DNA from: Hormiphora californensis
Taxonomy: Eukaryota > Animalia > Ctenophora
Direction: 5' to 3'
Assembly (NCBI GenBank): GCA_020137815.1
Contig: CM035350.1
Location: forward strand, 3,410,001 to 3,474,000
DNA length: 64,000 nucleotides
In this document: piece after piece, positions 1 through 20,600 of the stretch
How positions within the stretch are numbered: position 1 is the first letter of the stretch
Layout of the letters: every line of letters begins with the position of its first letter
Translations under genes and position numbers: made by a program
The notes under the pieces: generated by a model
Database searches by the model: none
What the model saw: the letters and a program-made list of their open reading frames with translations, nothing else
Told to the model about the DNA's origin: nothing

Positions 1-68
1 AATTGATGGCATATAGTACATAACATAGTTATTAGCAATGTTAGACAAGCTGTGAGAGAATTACTTAC

Positions 69-8319
<8,251 letters not shown>

Positions 8320-8343
8320 CTGTGTGGAGAGAGAGAGAGAGAA

Positions 8344-8715
8344 GGTAGGCGGTAAATGTTAACCAGATCTGAGAGAAAACGTACGTGCAAAACCACGTTT
8401 TTGTCCATAACTCAGTCATTTCTTGACCAATTTGCAAAATCTTGGGTGCGTTGGAAAGAGGACATTGAGCTCTTTTAAATGAGCCCAATAAAACTAAAAT
8501 CGGCGCAAAATGCGCGGCGTCATGGCGCAAAGTGTGCGTTTTCGCCACCACGCCGCGCAATTTGCGCCAATTTTCATTTTCTTGAGCTCATTTGAGAGAT
8601 CTCAATGTCCTCTTTCCAATGAGCTAAAGATTTTGCAAATTGGTCAAGAAATGGCTGAGTTATGGGCAAAAAAGTGCGAAATTCTCACAGATCTGGTTAA
8701 CATTTACCGCCTACC
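8344..8715. mobile_element. 372-bp foldback MITE, Mutator-like (9-bp TSD)
   Basis: TIR GGTAGGCGGTAAATGTTAACCAGATCTG, imperfect palindrome over its whole length. TSD GAGAGAGAA at 8335-8343 and 8716-8724. Confidence 0.9.
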
Positions 8716-9038
8716 GAGAGAGAAGGATTATATTATTATTATATTGTGCCTATATCAGGGATGAAGGGCTGCTATTAGGGGGAGTATCTGTATACTGTAC
8801 GCCGCGGTATCAAGAACGCGTCCCGGCTGATCCCACTGTTGCTAATCTATTGAGCAATTGTAATATCACGTGATCAGCAAAGGGACGGGTAGCTATCAGT
8901 ATACGTCTTATAGTATAATAGCTAGCTATCAATATATGAGAAGTTCCTTTATTGCTTGCACTGCAGCTGAACTAGACATGTTGAAATGGATTATCTGCCT
9001 CTCCTAAAGTGCTGAGTGCAGTATTCCTAGCTTATCAC

Positions 9039-9097
9039 TTGGTAACATAGACACCTGGCGCGACCCCCGCACACTTGCCAGGTGTCTATGTTACCAA
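9039..9097. mobile_element. 59-bp hairpin MITE (TTGGTRAYATAGACACCTGG family)
   Basis: 21-bp TIRs. Left TSD GCTTATCAC (9030-9038); right TSD is split by the element at 9102-9436. Confidence 0.85.
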
Positions 9098-9101
9098 GCT
9101 T

Positions 9102-9436
9102 CCCCCATAAAAAAGTCGCTTGGCAAATTCTCTCGTCGCTCGGCAATTGGTTCGGCAACAACAGGTGGTTTGCCGAGCCAGTCGCTCGGCTAATCAAGGA
9201 AGTCTCCGTGATTTCACCGCGTTCTTACAGAAAAAGCACATTTTTTCAGCACTTTGTATTTTTCAGCAGGAGATTTTGAAAAAAAGTGCTGAAAAAATGT
9301 ACTTTTTCTGTAAGAACGCGGTGAAAACACGGCGACTTCCTTGATTAGCCGAGCGACTGGCTCGGCAAACCACCTGTTTTTGCCGAACCAATTGCCGAGC
9401 GACGAGGGAATTTGCCAAGCGACTTTTTTATGGGGG
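9102..9436. mobile_element. 335-bp foldback element, CCC...GGG termini, 2-bp TSD (CMC/EnSpm-like)
   Basis: Near-perfect palindrome CCCCCATAAAAAAGTCGC...GCGACTTTTTTATGGGGG flanked by TT/TT. Confidence 0.85.
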
Positions 9437-10162
9437 TTATCACTAATATATATTCTTATCTGACCTTCTAAAACTCCTTTCAATCTACTAATAGTATTGT
9501 TGCATTAGACCACCCCTGGCCCTCATCCCTTGGCCACATTGATGCCTGATTGCCTGAGTGATCGATCTCACATACATATATTCTTCGCGGAGCGAGAATA
9601 GGTTGCATATTAGACCACCCCTCATCCCCATGTGTCACGATAATCCGTGCAATAAGACGACCACTCACTAAAGCGATATATTCTCACTCACACCCGCAGC
9701 AGATCGGTGCAGCAGTGCAGCACTCAAGACAACTTATAATTATAATAGTTATCGTCGTGGGTCGACTATGTGTGGCTATACCACTACTTAAAACTACTTG
9801 ACTATCATAGCTGTCCCACTCTCTCTCCATAAAATAAAAGTTATTTATAGCATCACCACAATTTTAGATACATTATTACATTTTATATTATAGAATGATC
9901 GTGTCAGACCTTTTTGGTTGCTTTTATAATAAGCGTCACCAGCTTCATTTCTGTACCTTTGCGATTGCGAGGCCACTGTTAGTTGTAGCGTCACTGATGA
10001 CAGAGTGTCCATCAAAAGCAGAGTCAGTCTCTATCACCTCCGCCGGGCCGAGGTTCACAATGATCTCATTTTGTAGTGACGTCACACCGCCTCCTCCAAC
10101 CACTACCGGGTTGGGTATTACCTCTACTGACATTAAATGGCCTTCCCTTGTTGAGTAAGCAG

Positions 10163-10300
10163 TTGGTGACATAGACACCCTGTCAGAGCATTGGCCTGAC
10201 CCTATTCTCGCGAGAACTGTGGTCAGAGCATTGGCCTGACAGTAGACACCTGGCGCGACCCCCGCTCAATCTCGGTCGCGCCAGGTGTCTATGTCACCAA
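10163..10300. mobile_element. TTGG-family MITE (9-bp TSD) carrying a nested 63-bp hAT-like MITE (10180-10242, 8-bp TSD)
   Basis: Outer TSD AGTAAGCAG (10154-10162, 10301-10309). Inner TSD TAGACACC (10172-10179, 10243-10250), inner termini CTGTCAG/CTGACAG. Confidence 0.9.
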
Positions 10301-10922
10301 AGTAAGCAGCTTCCTTGTTTTGTATAATAGTCTAGCTGAGTAAAGTTAGTGGTGTTGTAGTGTGAGCTGTGCTTCTACACAAAACGAAGACGTCATGTTA
10401 TGAAGACTTTTTAATAAAACCGAGCTGTTCTGGCATTTGCAAGCTCAATGCTCATATTATGTGACAAGGCACATTGTACTATAACAAATGAAGATGACAG
10501 ACCGAGCTAGAGAGAAAGCATGTGCAAGAAATGTGATATTACAACAAGACACAGTAGAACAAGAACTTCAAGAAACTGAAACTTGAATACCGCTCCGTGG
10601 AAGGCGTTATGGTACACCCCGAGATGCAAGGCCTTGCCAAAACTGTTATCATTTGAGATTCTAGAGAATTCTATAAAGCGTCACAACTTGAACTAGGAAG
10701 ATTCTAGGCTAAAACCGAGGGTGGGTCCAATTACAGTCAGTATAATACGTAAACTGAAATTGTGCAAGCCTTCACCGATCTGTTGATCTATATAGGAGAT
10801 CTCTAGATGCGAGATGCATAACTGGAACTATTAAAACACAGGCAGTTGTAAAGGGATTGTACGGAGTGAGTAGTGGAACTGGAAAGTAGGATCTAGAAGT
10901 AGAAAACATGGCTATATTTATA

Positions 10923-11015
10923 TTGGTCACATTGATACCTGAGTGAGATCGACGCTCGACTGAGATTGATCTCACATATTCTTCGCGGAGCGAGAATAGG
11001 TAGCAATGGATCCAA
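10923..11015. mobile_element. Copy of the ~100-bp TTGG...CCAA MITE
   Basis: Shares CATTGATACCTGAGTGAGATCGACG and ATTCTTCGCGGAGCGAGAATAGG with 7025-7125. ATGGCTATA duplicated at 10908-10916 and 11016-11024. Confidence 0.8.
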
Positions 11016-11350
11016 ATGGCTATACCGTCTTTCCAGAAAATTAATCCTCAAAAGTAAGGGTATGCCCCTAGCGGCCCCGGCCCTAGTACATACAATTTGT
11101 TACATTGTATAGTGTATACAGTGTACTACACAGTGTATACAGTACATGACAGTGAACTACAACAGCAGCTTGTAAAACTGCACTGTGAATTGATGAAATC
11201 ACATGTACAATGTACTGCTCAACTCTGACAACACACACAGCAATATGAAACACTCTGTTTGTCTACCTGGGTTGAATAATACTCCGTTTACAGTTCTATG
11301 TGGCTACCCTACACTATCACAACAACATTGTATCCACTGAATATTATACA

Positions 11351-12230
11351 CTAGAAAGCCCATTGAGATCCCACAACAGCCCCCCCCCCCCGTCTCTATG
11401 CCTCCCCCCCCCTCACTCTTCGTCTCTCCATGTCGGGGCAAAGAATAAGGAGGTTGGTAGTGGTAGAGCGCCGGTGATAAACATCAAGGGAAGTCTCGCT
11501 GAATAACATGTAGAATCAGGTGATAAAGATCAGTAGAATTGTAGCTGTGTAGAGAATCAACGGGGTACATAGGTAGAAAGGCTTTGGCAATCATGGAGGT
11601 CCCAGTAGTAGATCCCAAAATACCACAGGAACAACACAGGAACACGCAACAAACAACCAAAAACATGCACGTGCAGTATCCCCTCACAACCTCCAATAAC
11701 CCTCCCCAGCCACCTCCCAGGGCAACCCCCCATCATTTGCACGTGGGATACTACACCATCACCACGCCACGCATTTGCTTATTATAATAGAGACTAGAAA
11801 GCCCATTGAAGTCCCTCACCCCCCTCCCCCCCCCACCGTCCCCATGTCTCTCTCCCCCTCTTACTCTTCGTCTCTCCATGTCGGGGTAAAGAATACGGAG
11901 GTTGGTAGTGGTAGAGCGCTGGTGACAAACATCAAGGGAAATCCCGCTGAATAACATGTAGAATCAGGTGATAAAGATCCGTAGAATTGTAGCTGTGTAG
12001 AAAGTCAACAGGGTACGTAGGTAGAAAAGCTTTAGCAATCATGGGGGCAGCAGTAGTAGATCCCAAAACACCACGAAACACCACACAGGAACACGCAACA
12101 AACAATCAACAACATGCACGTGCAGTATCACCCTCCAATACCCCTTCCAAGCCACCTCCTTGGCAACCCCCTCTATTTGCACGTGGGATACGACATCATC
12201 ACGCCACGCATTTGCACTTTATAATTAAGA
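11351..12230 (-). mobile_element. Two head-to-tail non-autonomous Helitrons (11351-11793, 11794-12230)
   Basis: On minus each copy starts TC and ends GGCTTTCTAG. The pair sits between host A and T with no TSD; internal junction CTAG|TC. Confidence 0.85.
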
Positions 12231-12435
12231 TGATGTTGCTATCAGGGCAGCCGTGGTTCTCGAATATGGTCAGGCTCTGAGTGAGTGACAGTGTTGTTGT
12301 GATAGTGGGGGGGGGGGGGGCACCTTTTGCAGTTTTGTCTACTTTTGTCTACTACACAAAGTTGACAAAAACAGATTAAATCATAGCACTGGCAAGCGCC
12401 ATGGCTCAATCTTCCCTGGCCCTTCGGCCTCCAGG

Positions 12436-15400
12436 CTCCAGCCATCCTCCCTACTCAATCCTCCCTCTCTCCAGCCATCATGCCTCCTTAAAGCTCCCTC
12501 TCTCCAGCCATCCTCCCTCCTCAATCCTCCCTCTCTCCAGCTATCCTCCCTCCTCAATCCTCCCTCTCTCCAGCCATCCTCCCTCCTCAATCCTCCCTCT
12601 CTCCAGCCATCCTCCCTCCTCAATCCTCCCTCTCTCCAGCCATCCTCCCTCCTCAATCCTCCCTCTCTCCAGCCATCCTCCCTCCTCAATCCTCCCTCTC
12701 TCCAGCCATCCTCCCTCCTCAATCCTCCCTCTCTCCAGCCATCCTCCCTCCTCAATCCTCCCTCTCTCCAGCCATCATGCCTCCTTAAAGCTCCCTCTCT
12801 CCAGCCATCCTCCCTCCTCAAACCTCCCTCTCTCCAGCCATCCTCAAACCTCCCTCTCTCCAGCCATCCTCCCTCCTCAATCCTCCCTCTCTCCAGCCAT
12901 CCTCCCTCCTCAAACCTCCCTCTCTCCAGCCATCCTCCATCCTCAAACCTCCCTCTCTCCAGCCATCCTCCCTCCTCAATCCTCCCTCTCTCCAGCCATC
13001 CTCCCTCCTCAAACCTCCCTCTCTCCAGCCCTCCTCTCTCCTCAAACCTCCCTCTCTCCAGCCATCATCCCTCCTTAAACCTCCCTCTCTCCAGTCATCC
13101 TCCCTCCTCAAACCTCCCTCTCTCCAGCCATCATCCCTCCTCAATCCTCCCTCTCTCCAGTCATCCTCCCTCCTCAAACCTCCCTCTCTCCAGCCATCCT
13201 CCCTCCTCAAACCTCCCTCTCTCCAGCCATCCTCCCTCCTCAAACCTCCCTCTCTCCAGCCATCATCCCTCCTCAAACCTCCCTCTCTCCAGCCATCCTC
13301 CCTCCTCAAACCTCCCTCTCTCCAGCCATTCTCCCTCCCCAAACCTCCCTCTCTCCAGTCATCATCCCTCCTCAAACCTCCCGGCGCCCTCTCTCCAGCC
13401 ATCCTCCTTCCTCAAACCTCCCTCTCTCCAGCCATCCTCCCTCCCCAAACCTCCCTCTCTCCAGCCATCATCCCTCCTCTAACCTCCCTCTCTCCAGCCA
13501 TCCTCCCTCCTCAAACCTCCCTCTCTCCAGCCATCCTCCCTCCCCAAACCTCCCTCTCTCCAGTCATCCTCCCTCCTCAAACCTCCCTCTCTCCAGCCAT
13601 CCTCCCTCCTCAAACCTCCCTCTCTCCAGCCATCCTCCCTCCTCAAACCTCTCTCTCTCTCTCCAGCCATCCTCCCTCCTCAAACCTCCCTCTCTCCAGT
13701 CATCCTCCCTCCTCAAACCTCCCTCTCTCCAGTCATCCTCCCTCCTCAAACCTCCCTCTCTCCAGCCATCCTCCCTCCTCAAACCTCCCTCTCTCCAGCC
13801 ATGCTCCCTCCTCAAACCTCCCTCTCTCCAGTCATCCTCCCTCCTCAAACCTCCCTCTCTCCAGCCATCCTCCCTACTCAAACCTCCCTCTCTCCAGCCA
13901 TCCTCCATCCTCAAACCTCCCTCTCTCCAGTCATCCTCCCTCCTCAAACCTCCCTCTCTCCAGCCATCCTCCTTCCTCAAACCTCTCTCTCTCCAGTCAT
14001 CCTCCCTCCTCAAACCTCCCTCTCTCCAGCCATCCTCCTTCCTCAAACCTCCCTCTCTCCAGTCATCCTCCCTCCTCAAACCTCCCTCTCCAGCCATCCT
14101 CCCTCCTCAAACCTCCCTCTCTCCAGCCATCCCTCCTCAAACCTCCCTCTCTCCAGCCATCCTCCCTACTCAAACCTCCCTCTCTCCAGCCATCATCCCT
14201 CCTCAAACCTCCCTCTCTCCAGCCATCCTCCATCCTCAAACCTCCCTCTCTCCAGTCATCCTCCCTCCTCAAACCTCCCTCTCTCCAGCCATCCTCCTTC
14301 CTCAAACCTCCCTCTCTCCAGTCATCCTCCCTCCTCAAACCTCCCTCTCTCCAGCCATCCTCCTTCCTCAAACCTCCCTCTCTCCAGTCATCCTCCCTCC
14401 TCAAACCTCCCTCTCCAGCCATCCTCCCTCCTCAAACCTCCCTCTCTCCAGCCATCCCTCCTCAAACCTCCCTCTCTCCAGCCATCCTCCCTACTCAAAC
14501 TTCCCTCTCTCCAGCCATCATCCCTCCTCAAACCTCCCTCTCTCCAGCCATCCTCCCTCCTCAATCCTCCCTCTCTCCAGCCATCCTCCCTCATTAAACC
14601 TCCCTCTCTCCAGCCATCCTCCCTCCTCAAACCTCCCTCTCTCCAGCCATCATCCCTCCTCAAACCTCCCTCTCTCCAGCCATCCTCCCTCTTCAAACCT
14701 CCCTCTCTCCAGCCAGTGCGTAGCACTAGCCAGTAAGGGTGGGTGAGGCTCCCGTTCCCCGTCCTGGGTGATGTGGCTGTGTTTTAGTTTGGTTACGTAG
14801 TTTTCAATCCCCCCTGCGAAGTGTCAAATGCCCGCGTCACGATATTCATTTCTTAATTTTATCCGTTGACTATTGTTCATCCCCCCACCCCCCGTGGCAA
14901 ACATTTCTTTCTCTCTCCAGCCATCCTCCCTACTCAAACCTCCCTCTCTCCAGCCATCCTCCATCCTCAAACCTCCCTCTCTCCAGTCATCCTCCCTCCT
15001 CAAACCTCCCTCTCTCCAGCCATCCTCCCTCCTCAAACCTCTCTCTCTCCAGCCATCCTCCCTCCTCAAACCTCCCTCTCTCCAGTCATCCTCCCTCCTC
15101 AAACCTCCCTCTCTCCAGTCATCCTCCCTCCTCAAACCTCCCTCTCTCCAGTCATCATCCCTCCTCAAACCTCCCTCTCTCCAGTCATCATCCCTCCTCA
15201 AACCTCCCTCTCTCCAGCCATCATCCCTCCTCAAACCTTCCTCTCTCCAGTCATCCTCCCTCCTCCCTCCTCCCTCTCTCCAGCCATCCTCCCTCCTCAA
15301 ACCTCCCTCTCTCCAGCCATCCTCCCTCCTCAAACCTCCCTCTCTCCAGCCATCCTCCCTCCTCAAACCTCCCTCTCTCCAGCCATCATCCCTCCTCAAA

Positions 15401-16307
15401 CCTCCCTCTCTCGACCAGCCATCATCCCTCCTCAAACCTCCCTCTCTCCAGCCATCCTCCCTCCTCAAACCTCCTTCTCTCCAGCCATCCTCCCTCCTCA
15501 AACCTCCCTCTCTCCAGCCATCCTCCCTCCTCAAACCTCCCTTTCTCCAGCCATCCTCCCTCCTCAAACCTCCCTCTCTCCAGCCATCCTCCCTCCTCAA
15601 ACCTCCCTCTCTCCAGCCATCCTCCCTCCTCAAACCTCCCTCTCTCCAGCCATCATCCCTCCTCAAACCTCCCTCTCTCCAGCCATCCTCCCTCCTCAAA
15701 CCTCCCTCTCTCCAGCCGTCCTCCCTCCTCAAACCTCCCTCTCTCCAGCCATCCTCCCTCCTCAAACCTCCCTCTATCCAGCCATCCTCCCTCCCCGAAC
15801 CTCCCTCTCCAGCCATCCTCCCTCCTCAAACCTCCCTCTCTCCAGCCATCCTCCCTCCTCAAACCTCCCTCTATCCAGCCATCCTCCCTCCCCGAACCTC
15901 CCTCTCCAGCCATCCTCCCTCCTCAAACCTCCCTCTCTCCAGTCATCATCCCTCCTCAAACCTCCCTCTCTCCAGCCATCCTCCCTCCTCAAACCTCCCT
16001 CTCTCCAGCCATCCTCCCTCCTCAAACCTCCCTCTCTCCAGCCATCCTCCCTCCTCAAACCTCCCTCTCTCCAGTCATCCTCCCTCCTCAAACCTCCCTC
16101 TCTCCAGCCATCCTCCCTCCTCAAACCTCCCTCTCTCCAGCCATCCTCCCTCCTCAAACCTCCCTCTCTCCAGCCATCCTCCCTCCTCAAACCTCCCTCT
16201 CTCCAGCCATCCTCCCTCCTCAAACCTCCCTCTCTCCAGCCATCCTCCCTCCTCAAACCTCCCTCTCTCCAGCCATCATCCCTCCTCAAACCTCCCTCTC
16301 TCCAGCC
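12436..16307 (+). repeat. 33-bp C/T-rich minisatellite in two blocks (12436-14714, ~14909-16307)
   Basis: Unit CCTCCCTCTCTCCAGCCATCCTCCCTCCTCAAA, roughly 110 copies in total. Each block is followed by the same ~190-bp unique segment (14715-14910, 16307-16507). Confidence 0.95.
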
Positions 16308-17623
16308 AGTGCGTTATACTAGCACTAGCCAGAGGCTCCCGTTCCCCGTCCTGGGTGATGTGGCTGTGATTTAGTTTGGTTACGTAGTTTTCAATCCCCC
16401 TGCGAAGTGTCAAATGCCCGCGTCACGATATTCATTTCTTAATTTTATTCGTTGACTATAATTGACAATAGTATTGTTCATTGCCCCCCGTGACAAACAT
16501 TTCTTTCGCCATCTCTGTCCGCAACCTCGAACTTTCAATTTACTCCCCGTTTATTAATGAAAATGCGCTGTTACTCCTCTTCTTTCTCTGCAGTAAACCT
16601 CCTATTCCTCCATCTCTCTCGTGTCCCTTCTCTCTTCTTGCAATATCAATTGTAGTGCTAATGAAAAGCTCATCATCATCCTGCAGCTAGGTAAAACTCA
16701 TCAGCTGGGGAGGAAGACAAACATGAGCATCCTGATCTCTCCCTCTCTCTCTCTCCCTCTCTCTCTGACATCAACATCACTTAAAACTCTTAGTAAATCT
16801 GTAAATTGAACTGCTTGTATTACGCTAGTCGATACGAGCGGTTGATACTGCTTCAATACAGAAGTAGCACTACAATATATCTTCTTTTTCTTTTCATTCA
16901 ATCACAAAAACCAGTTCTACATGATGTAGTAGTACATCGATTATTCACTATCTGTTGACAAATTGACAAGATCAATTATTCCATGTACATATAATGGTAT
17001 AAAAATAGCACTTCGATAAATTTAATGATTTTGATCTTCTAAGAATCTTCTAGAAAGGAGAACTCAAGATAGAAAGGGAGACAGTTGTGTGACTGTAAGA
17101 AGAATTAAGGAACTGAGGAAATTGAGTTGTTGTGACTTTGAGCGCTTGAAATTTAGGAAAACCAATCGTGATTCGTGACTCTGTTGAGATGGTCAGTTAA
17201 CTACCTATCTCTTTAACTTTTTTATCAAACTCCGGCTCGATCTTGAATCTCTCTCCCACTTCTCTCTCGCTCTTTCTCTATCTTGTCATTCAGTAATAGC
17301 GCCATGCCCACCCGCTTAGTTTTTTATCAATTAATTTCCCTTCGTCTCTCTGATGTGAACAACTTCCCTCCCTAAAATAAAACAGTTCTTTAACTTTAGA
17401 AGTTACCCAAGTTTTGAATTTGATTAAAAGTTTATAGCTCTCCTGCTTTCTTGCTTTTCTCTCGGCCTCTAAGCTACTACTTATTATAAAACCATCTTGA
17501 TATTAAATCTCATATTTTGTACAAGCTAAATGTTTTGAGTTTGATTTATTAATCACCCGGGGTAGTTGATGTTATAATCCCACCTAGTCCCCTCCGATCT
17601 AACCCGAAACCCCCAAGAGAACC

Positions 17624-20600
17624 ATGGAAGCATCTATTGATCCAGTAACATCAACAGACACGCCGCATTATTGGAGCTTCTTTAATACACATGTAAGAAC
17701 CACTGGTAGTGGTACACATTACTTATTTACTTGGGGCAGGGTTGTTATCGTATAAATGTATCGGGTTACTGAGCTAGTAACTAACTGCTTATCGGCCCCC
17801 TCGAAACAAACACACCGACTGACCCCCCCCCCCCCCCCAATGAACCCATTTCTATTTTGCCCTCTATTTTCTAACCTGTTTATCCTCTCTTTCTACAGGG
17901 ATACTGGGTTGACTATTTCCTCCTGATAATCCTCCTGGCACTGTTTGTAGTGGGCATGGTCAGTAACTCACTCGTCCTTTATACCTTCCTGTCCCATAAC
18001 TCCTGTAATGGCCGGATCCTCTTCTCCCAACTGTGCATGACAGACCTCCTTACGGAGATGACACAGGTATGTTGTTAGAGAAGGGGTGAGGAGTAGAGAG
18101 AGGGGGCGGTGAGGCCAGGAGGGGGTGAGGAGTAGAGGGAGTGAGGCCAGGAGGGGGTGAGGAGTAGAGAGAGGGGGGGCGAGGAGGGGGATAGAGAAGG
18201 AGAGAGGGGTGAGGAGGGGAGAGAGGGTGAGGAGGGGGGATAGAGAAGGAGGGAGGGGTGAGGAGGGGAGAGAGGGTGAGGAGGGGGATAGAGAAGGAGA
18301 GAGGGGTGAGGAGGGGAGAGAGGGTGAGGAGGGGGATAGAGAAGGAGAGAGGGGTGAGGAGGGGAGAGAGGGTGAGGAGGGGGATAGAGAAGGAGAGAGG
18401 GGTGAGGAGGGGAGAGAGGGTGAGGAGGGGGATAGAGAAGGAGAGAGGGGTGAGGAGTAGAGAGAGAGGGTGAGGAGGGGGGATAGAGAAGGAGAGAGGG
18501 GTGAGGAGGGGAGAGAGGGTGAGGAGGGGGATAGAGAAGGAGAGAGGGGTGAGGAGGGGAGAGAGGGTGAGGAGGGGGGATAGAGAAGGAGAGAGGGGTG
18601 AGGAGGGGAGAGAGGGTGAGGAGGGGGGCGGAGGGAGGGATAGAGAATGAGAGAAAAGGGGGAGGGGGGAGAGAGGGTGGGCGAGGAGGGAGGGATAGAG
18701 AAGGAGAGAGGGGTGAGGAGGGCACGGCGTGCCTGGTGAAAGTTTAACACGACCTAGCATGCGACGGGAAACCACCACTTGTACGTGGTAGCTGAGGGTC
18801 TACAGAATGGCGCTACGGTGCGGGATAAAACATTCCATTCCCTAAAATCTTTTTTTTTACTTTTATTTGATTTGGGTCAAAATTGGCTATATTAAACGTG
18901 GTCCCGAAAAATCCATAATGACTTAGCACACGAAATATGTCACCCCCACCTATTTTTGCACGTAGAATCGATTGCCGTTGAAGTCGAATCTCTAAAATGA
19001 CTGTAAAATGGTCAAAAGTTGATTTTTTACCGTTTTTTGGAGGTTTTTGGCCCCTAAACCATTGAAAACGTTGAGATAGGAATTTGAAACTAGTGCCAAT
19101 CGTTAAAATGGCCATTTTTCTACCAAGAACCAAGTTTTCGTGTATATCCGATTTATGGTTAGATTTGGGCAAATTGTTGAAATCTGCCAACTAGGAGAAC
19201 CGTAACTTGATTTTCTTGTTTTTTGGATTTTGGCATTTTTGACAAACTTCTGATTGAAATGGTCAATCGGGACCATGCTTAAGTTGTTTATGGGACAATT
19301 TTCGACTAAAATCCAAGATTTCATACCAATCCAATAACAGATCGTTGATTTATAGAAAAATTAAGTAGGCAAAACGGTCAAAATGACAACTTTTCTTGCT
19401 TATTTTTACCGTTTTGCCTACTTAAATTTTCTATAAATCAACGATCTGTTATTGGATTGGTATGAAATCTTGGATTTTAGTCGAAAATTGTCCCATAAAC
19501 AACTTAAGCATGGTCCCGATTGACCATTTCAATCAGAAGTTTGTCAAAAATGCCAAAATCCAAAAAACAAGAAAATCAAGTTACGGTTCTCCTAGTTGGC
19601 AGATTTCAACAATTTGCCCAAATCTAACCATAAATCGGATATACACGAAAACTTGGTTCTTGGTAGAAAAATGACCATTTTAACGATTGGCACTAGTTTC
19701 AAATTCCTATCTCAACGTTTTCAATGGTTTAGGGGCCAAAAACCTCCAAAAAATGGTGAAAAATCAACTTTTGACCATTTTACAGTCATTTTAGAGATTC
19801 GACTTCAACGGCAATCGATTCTACGTGCAAAAATAGGTGGGGGTGACATATTTCGTGTGCTAAGTCATTATGGATTTTTCGGGACCACGTTTAATATAGC
19901 CAATTTTGACCCAAATCAAATAAAAGTAAAAAAAAGATTTTAGGGAATGGAATGTTTTATCCCGCACCGTAGCGCCATTCTGTAGACCCTCAGCTACCAC
20001 GTACAAGTGGTGGTTTCCCGTCGCATGCTAGGTCGTGTTAAAATTTCACCAGGCACGCCGTGAGGGGGGGGCGGAGAGAGGGATAGAGAAGGAGAGAAAA
20101 GGGGGAGGGGAGAGAGGGTGGGCGAGGAGGGAGGGATAGAGAAGGAGAGAAGGAGAGAGGGGTGAGGAGGGGGGGGGCGGAGGGAGGGATAGAGAAGGAG
20201 AGAAAAAGGGGAGGGAGAGGGGGCGGAGAGAGGGTGGGGAATAGGAGGGATATTTTGTTGGGGATTATTGGTTTGAATGCATCAGATCTGACCAACTGTA
20301 ATAATTCAGGTGCCCATGGCAGTATTTTCTTTGGTAAATCATCGATATATCTCAGACCTACCTGGCTCACATATCCTCTGTCTCCTCTCTGGTTTTATGT
20401 TCGATGTCCTATCTCTTACATCTCTATTTCTTACTGCAGGTACTATTATAATTAGGTTGGTGACGTTGACACCTAGTGAGCTCAATCTTGGTCGCGCACG
20501 GTGTCACCAAATAATTAGGGACCCCCTTAATTGGACCAACACTTCAGGCAATATTGCCCAAAACCATCCATTCTAGATGAGTTCTACCTTATGATTCGTC

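Noticed and set aside
50-68. 19-nt GT-AG micro-intron in ABCG
   Set aside because: Too short, and downstream sequence has an in-frame stop; the next exon is likely outside the window.
9945-10178. 77-aa minus ORF as ABCG first exon or separate gene
   Set aside because: Its start lies in a MITE, it ends in a stop, and I recognise no homology.
12381-16374. Long ORFs (REDGWREGGLR)n and Pro/Ser-rich frames up to 502 aa
   Set aside because: A 33-bp satellite open in several frames on both strands with frequent frame-breaking indels; no sign of coding selection.
18813-19943. Apparent duplicated gene pair on opposite strands (also 54046-54340 and 9082-9483)
   Set aside because: Mirror translations of palindrome arms; no transposase or other motif.
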